This document shows positions 1-9,947 of a stretch of 64,000 bases of DNA, piece after piece. Under the pieces are notes generated by a model. The model was given only the letters and a program-made list of their open reading frames with translations. It did not search any database and was not told the origin of the DNA. The stretch lies in IMG/VR virus record IMGVR_UViG_3300033153_014157; one strand, written 5' to 3'. Each line of letters begins with the position of its first letter. Position 1 is the first letter of the stretch. The stretch is from an uncultured virus (IMG/VR IMGVR_UViG_3300033153_014157). Taxonomy: Duplodnaviria; Heunggongvirae; Uroviricota; Caudoviricetes. The translations under genes were made by a program, and so were the position numbers.

Positions 1-1
1 A

Positions 2-850
2 GGCAGCCCTCCGTGCCAGGCGTTTTCAACGGCTGGGTATAGGAATGCGCTTGATGACAGGTTATTTCTCGTTGAAGAATTCATTCATGTCGTTTCGAAA
101 ATAAAGCCTATATTATTCGTCATGGAAAACGTGACTGGCATGTTAAACGCGCGTAGAATAAAGAGTTCGTTGTCAAAGGCAGAACTAAAACGCGCGCTAT
201 TGTTAGCCCGCGAAGTTTATTTATATCGCAAGTTAAAACGAATTTCTGCACAACGAAAGCTTTCTGACGAAGAACTACACGCGTTCAATAATGCGCGCGA
301 ACATTATTCTGATAACACGTCAGAGTTAAAATCGCTACAGGAATCATTGATGGACCACGTGATAAAAATGTTTAACGACATCGGGTATAGAACGTGGCAA
401 CACGTATTTAATGCTGCGAATTACGGCAAAATTTCAAACACGGCATCCTGCAGGGGCGCGCTACAAGACTTGGAGTGCCTTCCTGGCAATGCATTACCAA
501 ACCACGTGTTCACTAAACATTCTGACAGTTTTATCAAAAAAATAAAAAACACTAAAAATGGAGAAAGCGTCATCAAGACGTATGGAGAGGGATTTTACAG
601 GTTGAAACCAGACGAACCATCACCAACAGTTAAAGAAAACCACGGTAGTGTATTCATCCACTATTCTTTGGACAGATGCTTGACTCCGCGAGAGCTTGCA
701 AGACTCCAATCATTTCCAGACGATTTCAAGTTCATTGGTAGTAAAAGTGCGGTTCTGAAACAAATTGGAAATGCAGTTCCACCACTACTTGCATTTAACA
801 TAGCAAAGCATTTAAAAAATTCCGTGCTTAACGTGATCAAGATGGCGTGA
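2..850 (+). CDS. C5 cytosine DNA methyltransferase (5' truncated by window edge; motif VIII apparently missing)
   Basis: Frame open from base 2: GSPPCQAFS (motif IV), MENV (VI), LTPRELARLQSFPD (IX), QIGNAVPP (X). NAANYG is not followed by the usual PQxRxR. Confidence 0.9.
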   Translation, partial: GSPPCQAFSTAGYRNALDDRLFLVEEFIHVVSKIKPILFVMENVTGMLNARRIKSSLSKAELKRALLLAREVYLYRKLKRISAQRKLSDEELHAFNNAREHYSDNTSELKSLQESLMDHVIKMFNDIGYRTWQHVFNAANYGKISNTASCRGALQDLECLPGNALPNHVFTKHSDSFIKKIKNTKNGESVIKTYGEGFYRLKPDEPSPTVKENHGSVFIHYSLDRCLTPRELARLQSFPDDFKFIGSKSAVLKQIGNAVPPLLAFNIAKHLKNSVLNVIKMA

Positions 851-864
851 TTGGTGGTTTTTCC

Positions 865-1947
865 ATGCAAGACGAGATAAACACTAACGTTCGTGAATTA
901 CTTGACTACGTCGATTCAAACCCTAGATTGTTTCGCGTCAGCTATAATCACGATTTAATCAAGATAAATTACAGCAAGGAATGCGAGTATAAAAAAAAGT
1001 GGAATGAATTCACGCTCATCACGCGGGGAATCATGATTAATTCGGCAGCGTTAGAAATAGTTGCACTTCCGTTTCTTAAATTCTTTAACGAGTTCGAATA
1101 CGAGCAAATGAACGTAGGCATTCCAACATCTGAGAAGTATTGGATTACCGAGAAATTAGATGGGATACTCATCATTCCTTACACGACCGACAACGACTTG
1201 AAGTTTTCAACTCGTGGGTCTTTTGACAATGAATACGTGCGCAAGGCAAATGAAGTGGCATATTTCGATTACCTGCCGGTTGATAAATACACGTTCATGT
1301 TCGAGCTCGTCAGTCCAGAATATTCAGGACACTTAGTGACGAGGTATGACAATGATGATCTCGTGTTGATAGGAATGCGTGATAATGCGACGTTGAGGTT
1401 GCTGTCTCCGCCAGAAGTTGTTGATTTCGCACGTAAAAATGATTTACATCATTATGCATTGTATGACGATTCACTCGACAAGATAAAGTCCGTGTTGAAC
1501 AATATAGAAGGCAACACGCTTGAAGGATGGGTTGTATTTTTTGAAAGCGGTTTCCTAATGAAATTGAAGCGGTTAGAATACATCAACCTGTTCAGGATAT
1601 ACAAAAAACTGAATGAAAAAACCGTCTTGAAGCTGTTGATAGAAAACAACTTTCACGATTTTTTAGTGATGTCAGATGAAGAGGTTCGTGCCACGTTATT
1701 ATCAATCAAGAATTCATTGGACGACCACGCAGAAAGATTTATTTCATTTATAAAAGATGTATTTTACGCCATTCCGCAAGAAATTCGCGCCGATAGAAAG
1801 AGTTTTTTTCTATATATTGGCAAAAAAAATTATTCTCGCATCATTAAACTGTTTCTAAAAAAATTCTACGTTAATGGAAATGAGTCTGACTTAAAAAAAA
1901 TGTATTACCGTGTCAGGTTGTCAAAAAAGAGCGTTTATATTAAATGA
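865..1947 (+). CDS. T4 Rnl1-like RNA ligase
   Basis: Nucleotidyltransferase motifs TEKLDG, STRGSF, FELVSP, EGWVV, MKLK; ATG 865 follows GGTGG. Confidence 0.85.
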   Translation: MQDEINTNVRELLDYVDSNPRLFRVSYNHDLIKINYSKECEYKKKWNEFTLITRGIMINSAALEIVALPFLKFFNEFEYEQMNVGIPTSEKYWITEKLDGILIIPYTTDNDLKFSTRGSFDNEYVRKANEVAYFDYLPVDKYTFMFELVSPEYSGHLVTRYDNDDLVLIGMRDNATLRLLSPPEVVDFARKNDLHHYALYDDSLDKIKSVLNNIEGNTLEGWVVFFESGFLMKLKRLEYINLFRIYKKLNEKTVLKLLIENNFHDFLVMSDEEVRATLLSIKNSLDDHAERFISFIKDVFYAIPQEIRADRKSFFLYIGKKNYSRIIKLFLKKFYVNGNESDLKKMYYRVRLSKKSVYIK

Positions 1948-1978
1948 CAATCCACGAGTGCTTGATCGAAAATCACGT

Positions 1979-3550
1979 TCACGAGATGAACCTTAGCTGC
2001 ATTTTCTTTTTGAAGTCGTCGTGCTCAATGACGCCTATCGAATTTATTGGAAGCAGGAATTTATTAAAAAAGAACGCTTCATAATGGCGACACAATGTCG
2101 TAAATTTAAGGTTAGATTTTAAATCTCTGACCGTGCAGCCGCATTTTTTTGAAAGTGATGACGGCGTGCCTTGCACGAACTCAGTAAAGTCTGCTTTCCC
2201 CAACAATTCAATCATCAAGTCATTTATTGCGCCAGAATCAATGCCACCTACATGCCTTATATTTTTACGCATGAACTCGCTTACAAATGGTGGGAATGCA
2301 TTTATGAATAATAACATGACTTTTATCAAGTATAACACACATTTATGCCGTTTATACTCTTCTGTATTTGATGGCTCTTCGCCACTTGTTATTATTATAT
2401 CCTTTATGCTCATGTTGTGAAAAATATTTCCGACTTTCATTTTCCGTAGGTCATCGCCACTTGAAAGAAAATACGAGTTTAACAATCCAATGAATGCTAA
2501 CGGCATCAACGACAGCTTTTTCTTTTTTTGTGCCAAGTACTTCGATTCCCCAATAAGTGACAGTTTGGATAAAGAAATGTTCGTGGACAAGTTTGTCATG
2601 AAAAGGTTTAGTAGCAAATTCAACCCGAAATGAAAAACATAACATCCCTTTAAAACATCGTTAGAGCTAACCACTTTTACAAGGTCATCACTGAATATAG
2701 AACGCATCGAATCATTAGGTCTTGAAAATGCGTGGTCACGTAATTCATGTTTTATATATGTTTCAACATCACTCGTGCCAGTAATCCAATATTGGATGCC
2801 TTTTATCAACTCGAAATGTCGTGCCAAGATATTTATTGAAGGAATTCGCTCTATATCTATTATCCACGAGTTTTTATCATTAATTACAGTAAACACGTCA
2901 GCAATTGCATCGAGGCACTCGGCACACCACCTAGATAAATTCGATTCTTTCAAGGCATCTGGAATGGTGCCTCCGCGCTCTGAAGAGCTCAAAGATCTTG
3001 GCACGGAAATTAAACTGTCCAAAAACAATTCTTCACGAATCGTTTTATGTTTCACGAATAACTCTCTAAACATTCCGTATGGAAATCCAATCACTTGTGG
3101 TGGAATGTTTAGCACCTTCTTAACGTGTTTTTTAACGGCTAACACTCTCTCAGCCGTCACAAGTATTGTAGCTGTAAATGACCGCGCCGTTAAAGCGTCT
3201 ATCACGAAATCAGGTTCTAGAACCAATGTATTGTTGTATATCAAGTGTCTATATACATCACTGACATTTTCATCCAAATACGTGCTTGGCAACGGCGTGC
3301 CATTCACCCGTGCCGGCATCACGTGAAATAGTATCTCTTGATTCGTGGTGACGATTTTCTCATCGTTTTCACGGATCATCACGACCTTTTCAAGTTCGTT
3401 CCCTTTTTCATTAATTAACATGCGACCATCATATTTTATACCAGATCTTGCGAGCTCTCTAAACAATATTAATAATTCTGGCTCGATCGACACGCCAGAA
3501 ATGCTATTTTTTCTATCATTTTTACGAAAAACCATCAATGCAATCAACAC
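1979..3550 (-). CDS. Paralog of 3560..5092 with degenerate (MPN-minus-like) N-terminal domain
   Basis: Shares GxYVFHFxLNL, GxDxxxxKxG and YxAFFFNxxLLPINS with the neighbour; FHVMP replaces FHTHS. Confidence 0.65.
   Translation of the reverse strand: MLIALMVFRKNDRKNSISGVSIEPELLILFRELARSGIKYDGRMLINEKGNELEKVVMIRENDEKIVTTNQEILFHVMPARVNGTPLPSTYLDENVSDVYRHLIYNNTLVLEPDFVIDALTARSFTATILVTAERVLAVKKHVKKVLNIPPQVIGFPYGMFRELFVKHKTIREELFLDSLISVPRSLSSSERGGTIPDALKESNLSRWCAECLDAIADVFTVINDKNSWIIDIERIPSINILARHFELIKGIQYWITGTSDVETYIKHELRDHAFSRPNDSMRSIFSDDLVKVVSSNDVLKGCYVFHFGLNLLLNLFMTNLSTNISLSKLSLIGESKYLAQKKKKLSLMPLAFIGLLNSYFLSSGDDLRKMKVGNIFHNMSIKDIIITSGEEPSNTEEYKRHKCVLYLIKVMLLFINAFPPFVSEFMRKNIRHVGGIDSGAINDLMIELLGKADFTEFVQGTPSSLSKKCGCTVRDLKSNLKFTTLCRHYEAFFFNKFLLPINSIGVIEHDDFKKKMQLRFIS
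2660..2671 (+). repeat. Dispersed motif GTTAGAGCTAAC (copy 1, full 12-mer)
   Basis: Exact match read from sequence; antisense in gene, encodes VSSN. Confidence 0.9.
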
Positions 3551-3559
3551 CTGCGCGCG

Positions 3560-5092
3560 TCACGTCAAATCAAGTATCAAGTCGGATTTTTTAACATTCT
3601 TTATTTCCATGTAACTAAAACTATTTATCGGTAATAGATAATTATTAAAAAAAAACGCGGAATATTGGGACGATAACACGTAGGTTATTATTTCTTCTTT
3701 TATTTGTTCTCGGCTTAAGTTGAAGCGTGTGGCTACTTTACTAATATCTTCCGCATTGAACCGTTTTTGGAAGTCCAGCCCCAAAATTTGATTTACTGGT
3801 TCTATTATCGTGTCTGAATCGATTCCCTTTTCAGAAATCATCAACATTACTAGCGAAATGATGAACTTATCGAATGCCATAAGGAATGAGTAGCTGATCA
3901 TGATGTCATTCATTAATAACGACCATTCTGGATCCTTCCTTAATTTTTCTGCCGAATCTGGAATGTGTTTAAAGTCAGCCATTTTACGTAATCCAGTAGT
4001 GCGGGCGTGCATCCAACCTATCTTTAACGTCTTAATATCATTTCCGTCGCGGAATATTGGATTCGTCATTGTTAGCAAGAACATGTTCATAAATGGTTCT
4101 ATTGACGGAGGCATAACACTATTCTCGCCATGAATATATACTATAAATGAAAGCAACGATGAAATCAAATTTAACACGAAGTGGAACACGTATGAACCAG
4201 CAATGGATTCATCGTTCATTGCGACACGTAAATGTTCATTGCTGAATATTGATAACTTGTTATCTAACGGATTCGCACGTTTTAGGTATTTATAAGTCTC
4301 GAAAATCTCGTCATTACCAGACTCGTCATCATATTTATCAATAAAATCATGAAACTCTTTCACGTCATCCATGTATGATGCCAACCTTGCTACGCCATCA
4401 ATTTCATCTAGCCTGACGACGAATTTGTTTTCTACCTCCACTTTTTTCAAGATGCCCAATATCGCTCCGTATATGTCTGACATGACAACACTTAACTTGG
4501 CGCGCCTAAGCAATTTTGGAAGCATCTCGTCACCTCCTGGAAAAAGGATTCTCGTGATCGCGATGTAAATGTTTAGCTGGAATATCGTGATTGGTATTTC
4601 ATTCTCAATGATGGCGCGCCTAAAAGAGCTATAGGGAAAAATTACCGAACGCGCATCCACATTATTTGCCGACCTGTTCTTTGACTTCACTGCCGCGATT
4701 ATCTTTACTGGCGTGAATAGCATTGTAGCATCAATCTGTGGAGTGGATAATAGCGTTATGATGTCTTGCGTGCTAAACATTGTCGTGTATTTATATATCA
4801 ATTCTTTTAATAATAACGGCATCTCAAGCAACTCTTCTTTATGCAATAATCGCTCATTAAATACGAATGAATGCGTGTGGAACGTCACGTGAACGTCTTT
4901 CTCTAGATTGAATAGAACGCTGTCAACAGCTCCCGGATGTATCGAGATCTGTTTCAGTTTACCGTCATCATCGAACCTGATTCCTCCACCATATTCACGG
5001 CGCGTAGAAAGGCTAATTTGCCACAACGCACGCAATACTTCAGATGGAATGATCAACATTTTATTGTTCATTGAGCTCGTCATCCAAATCAC
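3560..5092 (-). CDS. JAB/MPN (JAMM)-like metalloprotease domain plus large helical domain
   Basis: N-terminal REYGG ... TFHTHS ... FSTQD matches E-HxH-SxxD JAMM signature, with a longer than usual H-to-S spacer. Confidence 0.65.
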   Translation of the reverse strand: MIWMTSSMNNKMLIIPSEVLRALWQISLSTRREYGGGIRFDDDGKLKQISIHPGAVDSVLFNLEKDVHVTFHTHSFVFNERLLHKEELLEMPLLLKELIYKYTTMFSTQDIITLLSTPQIDATMLFTPVKIIAAVKSKNRSANNVDARSVIFPYSSFRRAIIENEIPITIFQLNIYIAITRILFPGGDEMLPKLLRRAKLSVVMSDIYGAILGILKKVEVENKFVVRLDEIDGVARLASYMDDVKEFHDFIDKYDDESGNDEIFETYKYLKRANPLDNKLSIFSNEHLRVAMNDESIAGSYVFHFVLNLISSLLSFIVYIHGENSVMPPSIEPFMNMFLLTMTNPIFRDGNDIKTLKIGWMHARTTGLRKMADFKHIPDSAEKLRKDPEWSLLMNDIMISYSFLMAFDKFIISLVMLMISEKGIDSDTIIEPVNQILGLDFQKRFNAEDISKVATRFNLSREQIKEEIITYVLSSQYSAFFFNNYLLPINSFSYMEIKNVKKSDLILDLT

Positions 5093-5482
5093 CTTGAAAA
5101 TAACACGAACATCAAGATCGCCTTATTTGGAGTCTTTTCTTTTTCGTGCCATCCGATGATACTTTAATACAATGTCTTTACTTCATTATTTTTATATAAT
5201 TCATTAAGTAGTTTTTGTAGTTTTAAATGCCAAAAGTTAAAAAATAGGTTGATGAAAGAGCCAGCTGAAAAGGTTTGCAGGGAAATCCCTCAAAAAAAGT
5301 GGTAAATTAATTTGTGATAGGTGATGCGATGCATTCAACCATTAAATAACTTCCAACGTGGTGAGTATGGGCGCGGGTAAACGAAATGCCCTGTTTTTTC
5401 TAAAAAATCAATTGTAATCACGAGGTCAAGCAACTCGTGAAGTTTTTTAACGAATGTTTTCAGCATTAAAAACGCCCTCTCA

Positions 5483-6256
5483 TTACAGGAATTCCACGAT
5501 TTTTTTTGACGCTTTAACGTTTTTAACTCTTTTCAAGGACTCGAGGTGATATTTTTCATTTATTTCGATCCCGATGTAATTACGTCTCAGTTTTTTTGCC
5601 ATTGCGGGAACGACTCCGCTACCACAAAATCCATCCAACACTAATTCTCCCACGTTAGAGGAGATTTCTATTAATTTCTCTATCAGGTAAGGGTTTTTCT
5701 CATCAGGATGAGACCCGCTTCGTTCCTCAACAGTCGCTTTTATGTAGGGGGGAATGAATGAGGGATAATTATAAACGTATCTCTGGGGATTTTTGTTTCG
5801 AGAGTCATTGTACCACGAATCAGAAGTTAGAATCCAATTTACCACGTTAAAATTTCGCGGCTTCCCCTTGCTACCATATAATATCATCTGGTAATTATTC
5901 CTGAACTTGTTTTCGTATGACTGAGCCGTTTTCATGTTCTGGCAGACCAAAATGTTATTAAAATTAAAGAGTTTCTTGAATGGAATGATCCAATTTTCAA
6001 CGTATTTTGTTGGCACGAACACGTAGACATGCCTGCTTGGCTTCAAGAGCCGATGCATTTCGCCAAGCCATTTTGGAATCAGCCCCTTTATGAATGATTC
6101 GTCATCATCGTATTCTCCTTTTCGCCACGCATTACAACCAAATGGAGGGTCTGTAATGATGAGATCGATGCATTCATTCGGAAAATTCTTTGCGACTTCT
6201 AAAAAATTCCCGCGATATATTTTACCGATAAAATTCATGTTTTTCGCGCTCGTCAA
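5483..6256 (-). CDS. Beta-class N6A/N4C DNA methyltransferase
   Basis: DLIITDPPF (motif IV) precedes HPDEK and VLDGFCGSG (motif I). Confidence 0.9.
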   Translation of the reverse strand: MTSAKNMNFIGKIYRGNFLEVAKNFPNECIDLIITDPPFGCNAWRKGEYDDDESFIKGLIPKWLGEMHRLLKPSRHVYVFVPTKYVENWIIPFKKLFNFNNILVCQNMKTAQSYENKFRNNYQMILYGSKGKPRNFNVVNWILTSDSWYNDSRNKNPQRYVYNYPSFIPPYIKATVEERSGSHPDEKNPYLIEKLIEISSNVGELVLDGFCGSGVVPAMAKKLRRNYIGIEINEKYHLESLKRVKNVKASKKIVEFL

Positions 6257-6326
6257 TGTTAAATTACGTGGAAGTCCTGATTATTATTTAGGAACAAAAA
6301 TCTAATAAAAATGACTATTAATAATT

Positions 6327-6851
6327 ATGTTGGAGGAAATTCGCGTGTCAAAAAGACCTAGAAGACGCAGTTTACCTAAAGTACCGTATTATGGATTGGA
6401 AAAGGGGCACGAATTGCGGGAAGAGGTCAATGCATTCGAAGAAATGATCATGCAGGGCATAGGGCAAATATTGTTTAATTCTGGATTGATGATAAATGAA
6501 CTAGGCACGTTTAGATTTCAAGGTTTTAAGAAAAAATACAAGTTTCTTCACTATTTAGTCGCAACGCTATTCGAGTATTACAAGGGATTTGTTAGCAAGA
6601 AAGAAACCGAAAAGCGATTAAAGACATTGTTGTTCAAGATAGTCATGCATAAAAAGTCGTTAATGAATTCAAGCGCAAGGAAGCGCGACTCGATGGAATT
6701 ATTGAATTTCATCGCGGAGTTTGGTGGTGGTGAAATTCTAGACGATGACCCACGCGTGTATGATATAGTCATTGCAGATATTATTTCTGCCATAGACGAA
6801 ATAAAAGAAGAAAACGAAATAAAACGGCTGATGAACAGTAATGCGCCGTGA
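6327..6851 (+). CDS. Hypothetical protein
   Basis: 174 aa ORF fitting the gene tiling. Confidence 0.6.
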   Translation: MLEEIRVSKRPRRRSLPKVPYYGLEKGHELREEVNAFEEMIMQGIGQILFNSGLMINELGTFRFQGFKKKYKFLHYLVATLFEYYKGFVSKKETEKRLKTLLFKIVMHKKSLMNSSARKRDSMELLNFIAEFGGGEILDDDPRVYDIVIADIISAIDEIKEENEIKRLMNSNAP

Positions 6852-6864
6852 TGTCTGGCGCGTT

Positions 6865-7791
6865 TCATAATAATGGCTTTGATCTACCTTTTTTGATATT
6901 CGCGGGAACGTACGGGACGTTCTTTCGTGGCACCTTTTTTGATTTTTTCTTTTTGCCCTTCTTTTTCTTTTTTCTTTTTGCCGCAGCCTTTTTTGCCTTT
7001 TTTATTTTCTCCATTTTTTCTTGACGCTTTTTCTCGATTTCCTGCATCACTTTCATTATTTTCTCTATTTCTATTATTATCGTGTCTTCGTCTAATGGAG
7101 TAAGCAATCCGTTATTTATCATCCGTTCAACATATTGCGTTATTATGAAAAACGAGTATCCCGTTTCCTTGCTGACGAACGATATCAATTCGGTCGTGAA
7201 ACCAAACCGCACTTTGAAACGCGCGTATTTGAGCACCGACCTAAATATCTTCACGGGGTCTTCTTTTTCTGGTGGAGGACGTAGCTCTAATGTTGTTTGT
7301 TTCTTGGCACGCACGCGTTCATTTAATAACATGTCAAACTCATACGTGAAAAATCTCGGCTTTATCATCACGTCTATATTTTCCGAACGCAAGTAGAAAT
7401 CTTCATTTTTAATTAACGAGTTATAAAAACAATTTATTAGTCGGTCTCCAACGATCCCTGCCCTTGTTAGTTCCATCCACTCGTCGTGTGTTATGCCCAA
7501 TGCTTCCTCTATCAGTTCTCTCGTCAGGTCTTTTTTGAACATTGGTGTCTTTGTTTTGATTAATATCGGATGTTTCCACGTTATGTTGTCCTTTTTTGAG
7601 GTTTCTACTACGACCTGCTTGCTGTTTAATGGATAGTTTTTAAACGTGATGAATCGTTTTATCAAACCGATTAATGCACGGCTCTCCAGCCTTGAGAACA
7701 CGTGCTTGTACGCGTGCCCTTCTTTATCACTGCACTCAAGAAGAAATCCAGATGCGATCCGTATCATTTTCACGCTATCCAATTTTTTCAC
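6865..7791 (-). CDS. Hypothetical protein with possible winged helix and Lys-rich C-terminal tail
   Basis: 308 aa ORF; KKAKKAAAKRKKKKKGKKKKSKK tail. Confidence 0.65.
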   Translation of the reverse strand: MKKLDSVKMIRIASGFLLECSDKEGHAYKHVFSRLESRALIGLIKRFITFKNYPLNSKQVVVETSKKDNITWKHPILIKTKTPMFKKDLTRELIEEALGITHDEWMELTRAGIVGDRLINCFYNSLIKNEDFYLRSENIDVMIKPRFFTYEFDMLLNERVRAKKQTTLELRPPPEKEDPVKIFRSVLKYARFKVRFGFTTELISFVSKETGYSFFIITQYVERMINNGLLTPLDEDTIIIEIEKIMKVMQEIEKKRQEKMEKIKKAKKAAAKRKKKKKGKKKKSKKVPRKNVPYVPANIKKGRSKPLL

Positions 7792-7892
7792 GCCATCATT
7801 TATTTATAGATAACAATCACCAAACGGTCACGTTTAAAATTATCTTTTACAAATTACAAATGCAAGGCAAATGTAATGCACGTGTAATAAAA

Positions 7893-8414
7893 ATGACCGA
7901 CCAGCAAGTTCGTTTTTATCATTTTTCATTGGATCTGATTCCTGTTGGTGAAAGAATCGTCGGCATGAAATATGCTCGGCTGCGGATTCAGCGGTTCGGA
8001 CAGAGAATCATAGATAAATTTTTTGACGAGTATCGTAAAGAAGAGTTTCCAAATCTACCATCTTTATTCACGTCTCTCTGGCTGACCGAAATGCCGGACG
8101 ACAAGATAATCAGAAAGAAATTTATTGACAGTCCAGAAAGCGAGTGCGGGTACCTGCACGAGGTCGTTGTTAATGAATGCGATGTCGTGCCGATCGCGCC
8201 TAGAGCAGAGATACGTGCGTGCCAATTGATCACGTTCGAAAAACCTGTCGGGATCACTAAAGAAAAAAAAGAAACATTAAAAATGCTCGCAAGAGCATTC
8301 TGGACTAATGACATTAAGTATAGAGGACGGATTCAGGATTACCTATCTCCATGTGGAGCGGTCGTTGAAGAAGTATTGAAAATAAATCGCGATGAGGCGT
8401 TTCCAGATGATTAA
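7893..8414 (+). CDS. DUF2441-like / putative ADP-ribosyltransferase-fold protein
   Basis: FYH near N-terminus and DEYRKEEFPNLPSLFTSLWL resemble the ExxRxxxFPxxPSR pattern; start reassigned to ATG 7893. Confidence 0.45.
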   Translation: MTDQQVRFYHFSLDLIPVGERIVGMKYARLRIQRFGQRIIDKFFDEYRKEEFPNLPSLFTSLWLTEMPDDKIIRKKFIDSPESECGYLHEVVVNECDVVPIAPRAEIRACQLITFEKPVGITKEKKETLKMLARAFWTNDIKYRGRIQDYLSPCGAVVEEVLKINRDEAFPDD

Positions 8415-8547
8415 AGAAACGTATTTAGCCGTATTGAAAAAAATAAAGAAAATGCATCCAGAAGCCGTGTTCATAGAAGCTTCCTGTTAAAAATAATAAA
8501 AGGAGAATTGGATCTCAATTGATCGAGTCCGCATCAATGCTATTTTT

Positions 8548-9318
8548 TTAAATTCTTATCTTTACACGCTTGTTGTGCGTGTCACGCGCAAATTTTATCA
8601 TCAACGGGTTCATTATTTTTCTCGTGGCTTTGAATACGGGGATGAACGGAGTTTCTTTGGACAGGTTCTCAGTGCTATATGCAAAGCGGAATATCAGACC
8701 TACGTGATATGCCCTCGTCACGCCGACAAAGATTTTTCCAAACTTTCCATTATCTTTTTCGCGATCATCAGTGAACAGAAATGCGCTTTCAAGCTTTCTG
8801 CTGACTATGTCTTCACCAAAATCAATGTTTATAGTCGGATCGTTTATCTTTACAAATCCCAACACGTGTAACGAATCTAGCGGCACGCAATTATCGACTG
8901 GGCGAACAGTTCTATACATCAACACGTGTTCCACGACTGGTGTAGCCGCGGCGAACAGCGCGTTTACTTCATTTGAATCCATCATCTTGAACTGGTCGTG
9001 CAGCGCGATCGCCTTACTCAAGATTTTATTCACCCTGTCGAAATTACCCTTGATTCGATTTTTGCGCTCTGAATACAATTTTACCCGAAGACGCATTCCC
9101 GTTATTCTTGCTATCAACTTGTCTCCTTTTGCATACATTTCGACGACTTTGTCCGAGTTATGCCCTTTAATTTCCAACTTCTTGTGCAGTATCGTTCGCA
9201 AGTGTTTTCTAATTGTTTTAACGTCAGAGCGTGGTGCGCTTAGTCTATAATTGATACAAATAGACTCGTTCACCTTTTTGTAGAACTGTTTTATTCTAAC
9301 CGCTTCGCGTTTGTCCAT
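8548..9318 (-). CDS. Hypothetical basic protein
   Basis: 256 aa ORF. Confidence 0.6.
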   Translation of the reverse strand: MDKREAVRIKQFYKKVNESICINYRLSAPRSDVKTIRKHLRTILHKKLEIKGHNSDKVVEMYAKGDKLIARITGMRLRVKLYSERKNRIKGNFDRVNKILSKAIALHDQFKMMDSNEVNALFAAATPVVEHVLMYRTVRPVDNCVPLDSLHVLGFVKINDPTINIDFGEDIVSRKLESAFLFTDDREKDNGKFGKIFVGVTRAYHVGLIFRFAYSTENLSKETPFIPVFKATRKIMNPLMIKFARDTHNKRVKIRI

Positions 9319-9365
9319 ATCGCATCACTGTGAAACGTTAAAAATCATGAAGAAACATTCTCGTT

Positions 9366-9872
9366 TCAGGTAATTAAATTCTTAGTATCGACAAATTCAA
9401 GCATGGACGATTGCCTTTTTCCGTATGCCCTGGCTTTTCTGAGGGTAAAAATGAATTTATCGCTATCGACAACATCGAGTTCCATGCTCTTTAGTGCCAT
9501 CAATAATGCCTTTTTGCGACTAATTTTTATCTTTTTGCCCAACACGTTCGCTTTGAAGGTCACGTATTTTTCCGTGATTCTGAATACCTGCTCGTCGAGG
9601 TCTGAAAGAGTAATTCCATTTTTTCCAACGCGGTTTATGCGGTTTTTGTTTCTCTCTATCATCAATACGTCAAGAACTCGTTTGAAAAATCGTGTGCGTT
9701 CGTCATCCTCTGACAAATCAACCGAGATTTTACAATAATGTAGATCTCGATCATCTGCATCTAGCAATGGTGACATCTTTTTTGCAAGTTCTGGATTCGT
9801 TTTTTTAGTATCGAAGTATTCATGGTTCCATGCAACTTCTACTCCGCATGTTTCGCATCTAAAGTGCTTCAT
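9366..9872 (-). CDS. Hypothetical protein with N-terminal Zn-binding motif
   Basis: CETCG ... HYC. Confidence 0.6.
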   Translation of the reverse strand: MKHFRCETCGVEVAWNHEYFDTKKTNPELAKKMSPLLDADDRDLHYCKISVDLSEDDERTRFFKRVLDVLMIERNKNRINRVGKNGITLSDLDEQVFRITEKYVTFKANVLGKKIKISRKKALLMALKSMELDVVDSDKFIFTLRKARAYGKRQSSMLEFVDTKNLIT

Positions 9873-9947
9873 GAATTATATTTATCCTAAAAATAATAAA
9901 AAGTCTTTTGAGAATACCATCACGTTCAGAAACAAATTTTAAGGATC

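Noticed and set aside
5483..6851. Restriction-modification pair
   Set aside because: No neighbour of the MTases shows a recognisable endonuclease motif.
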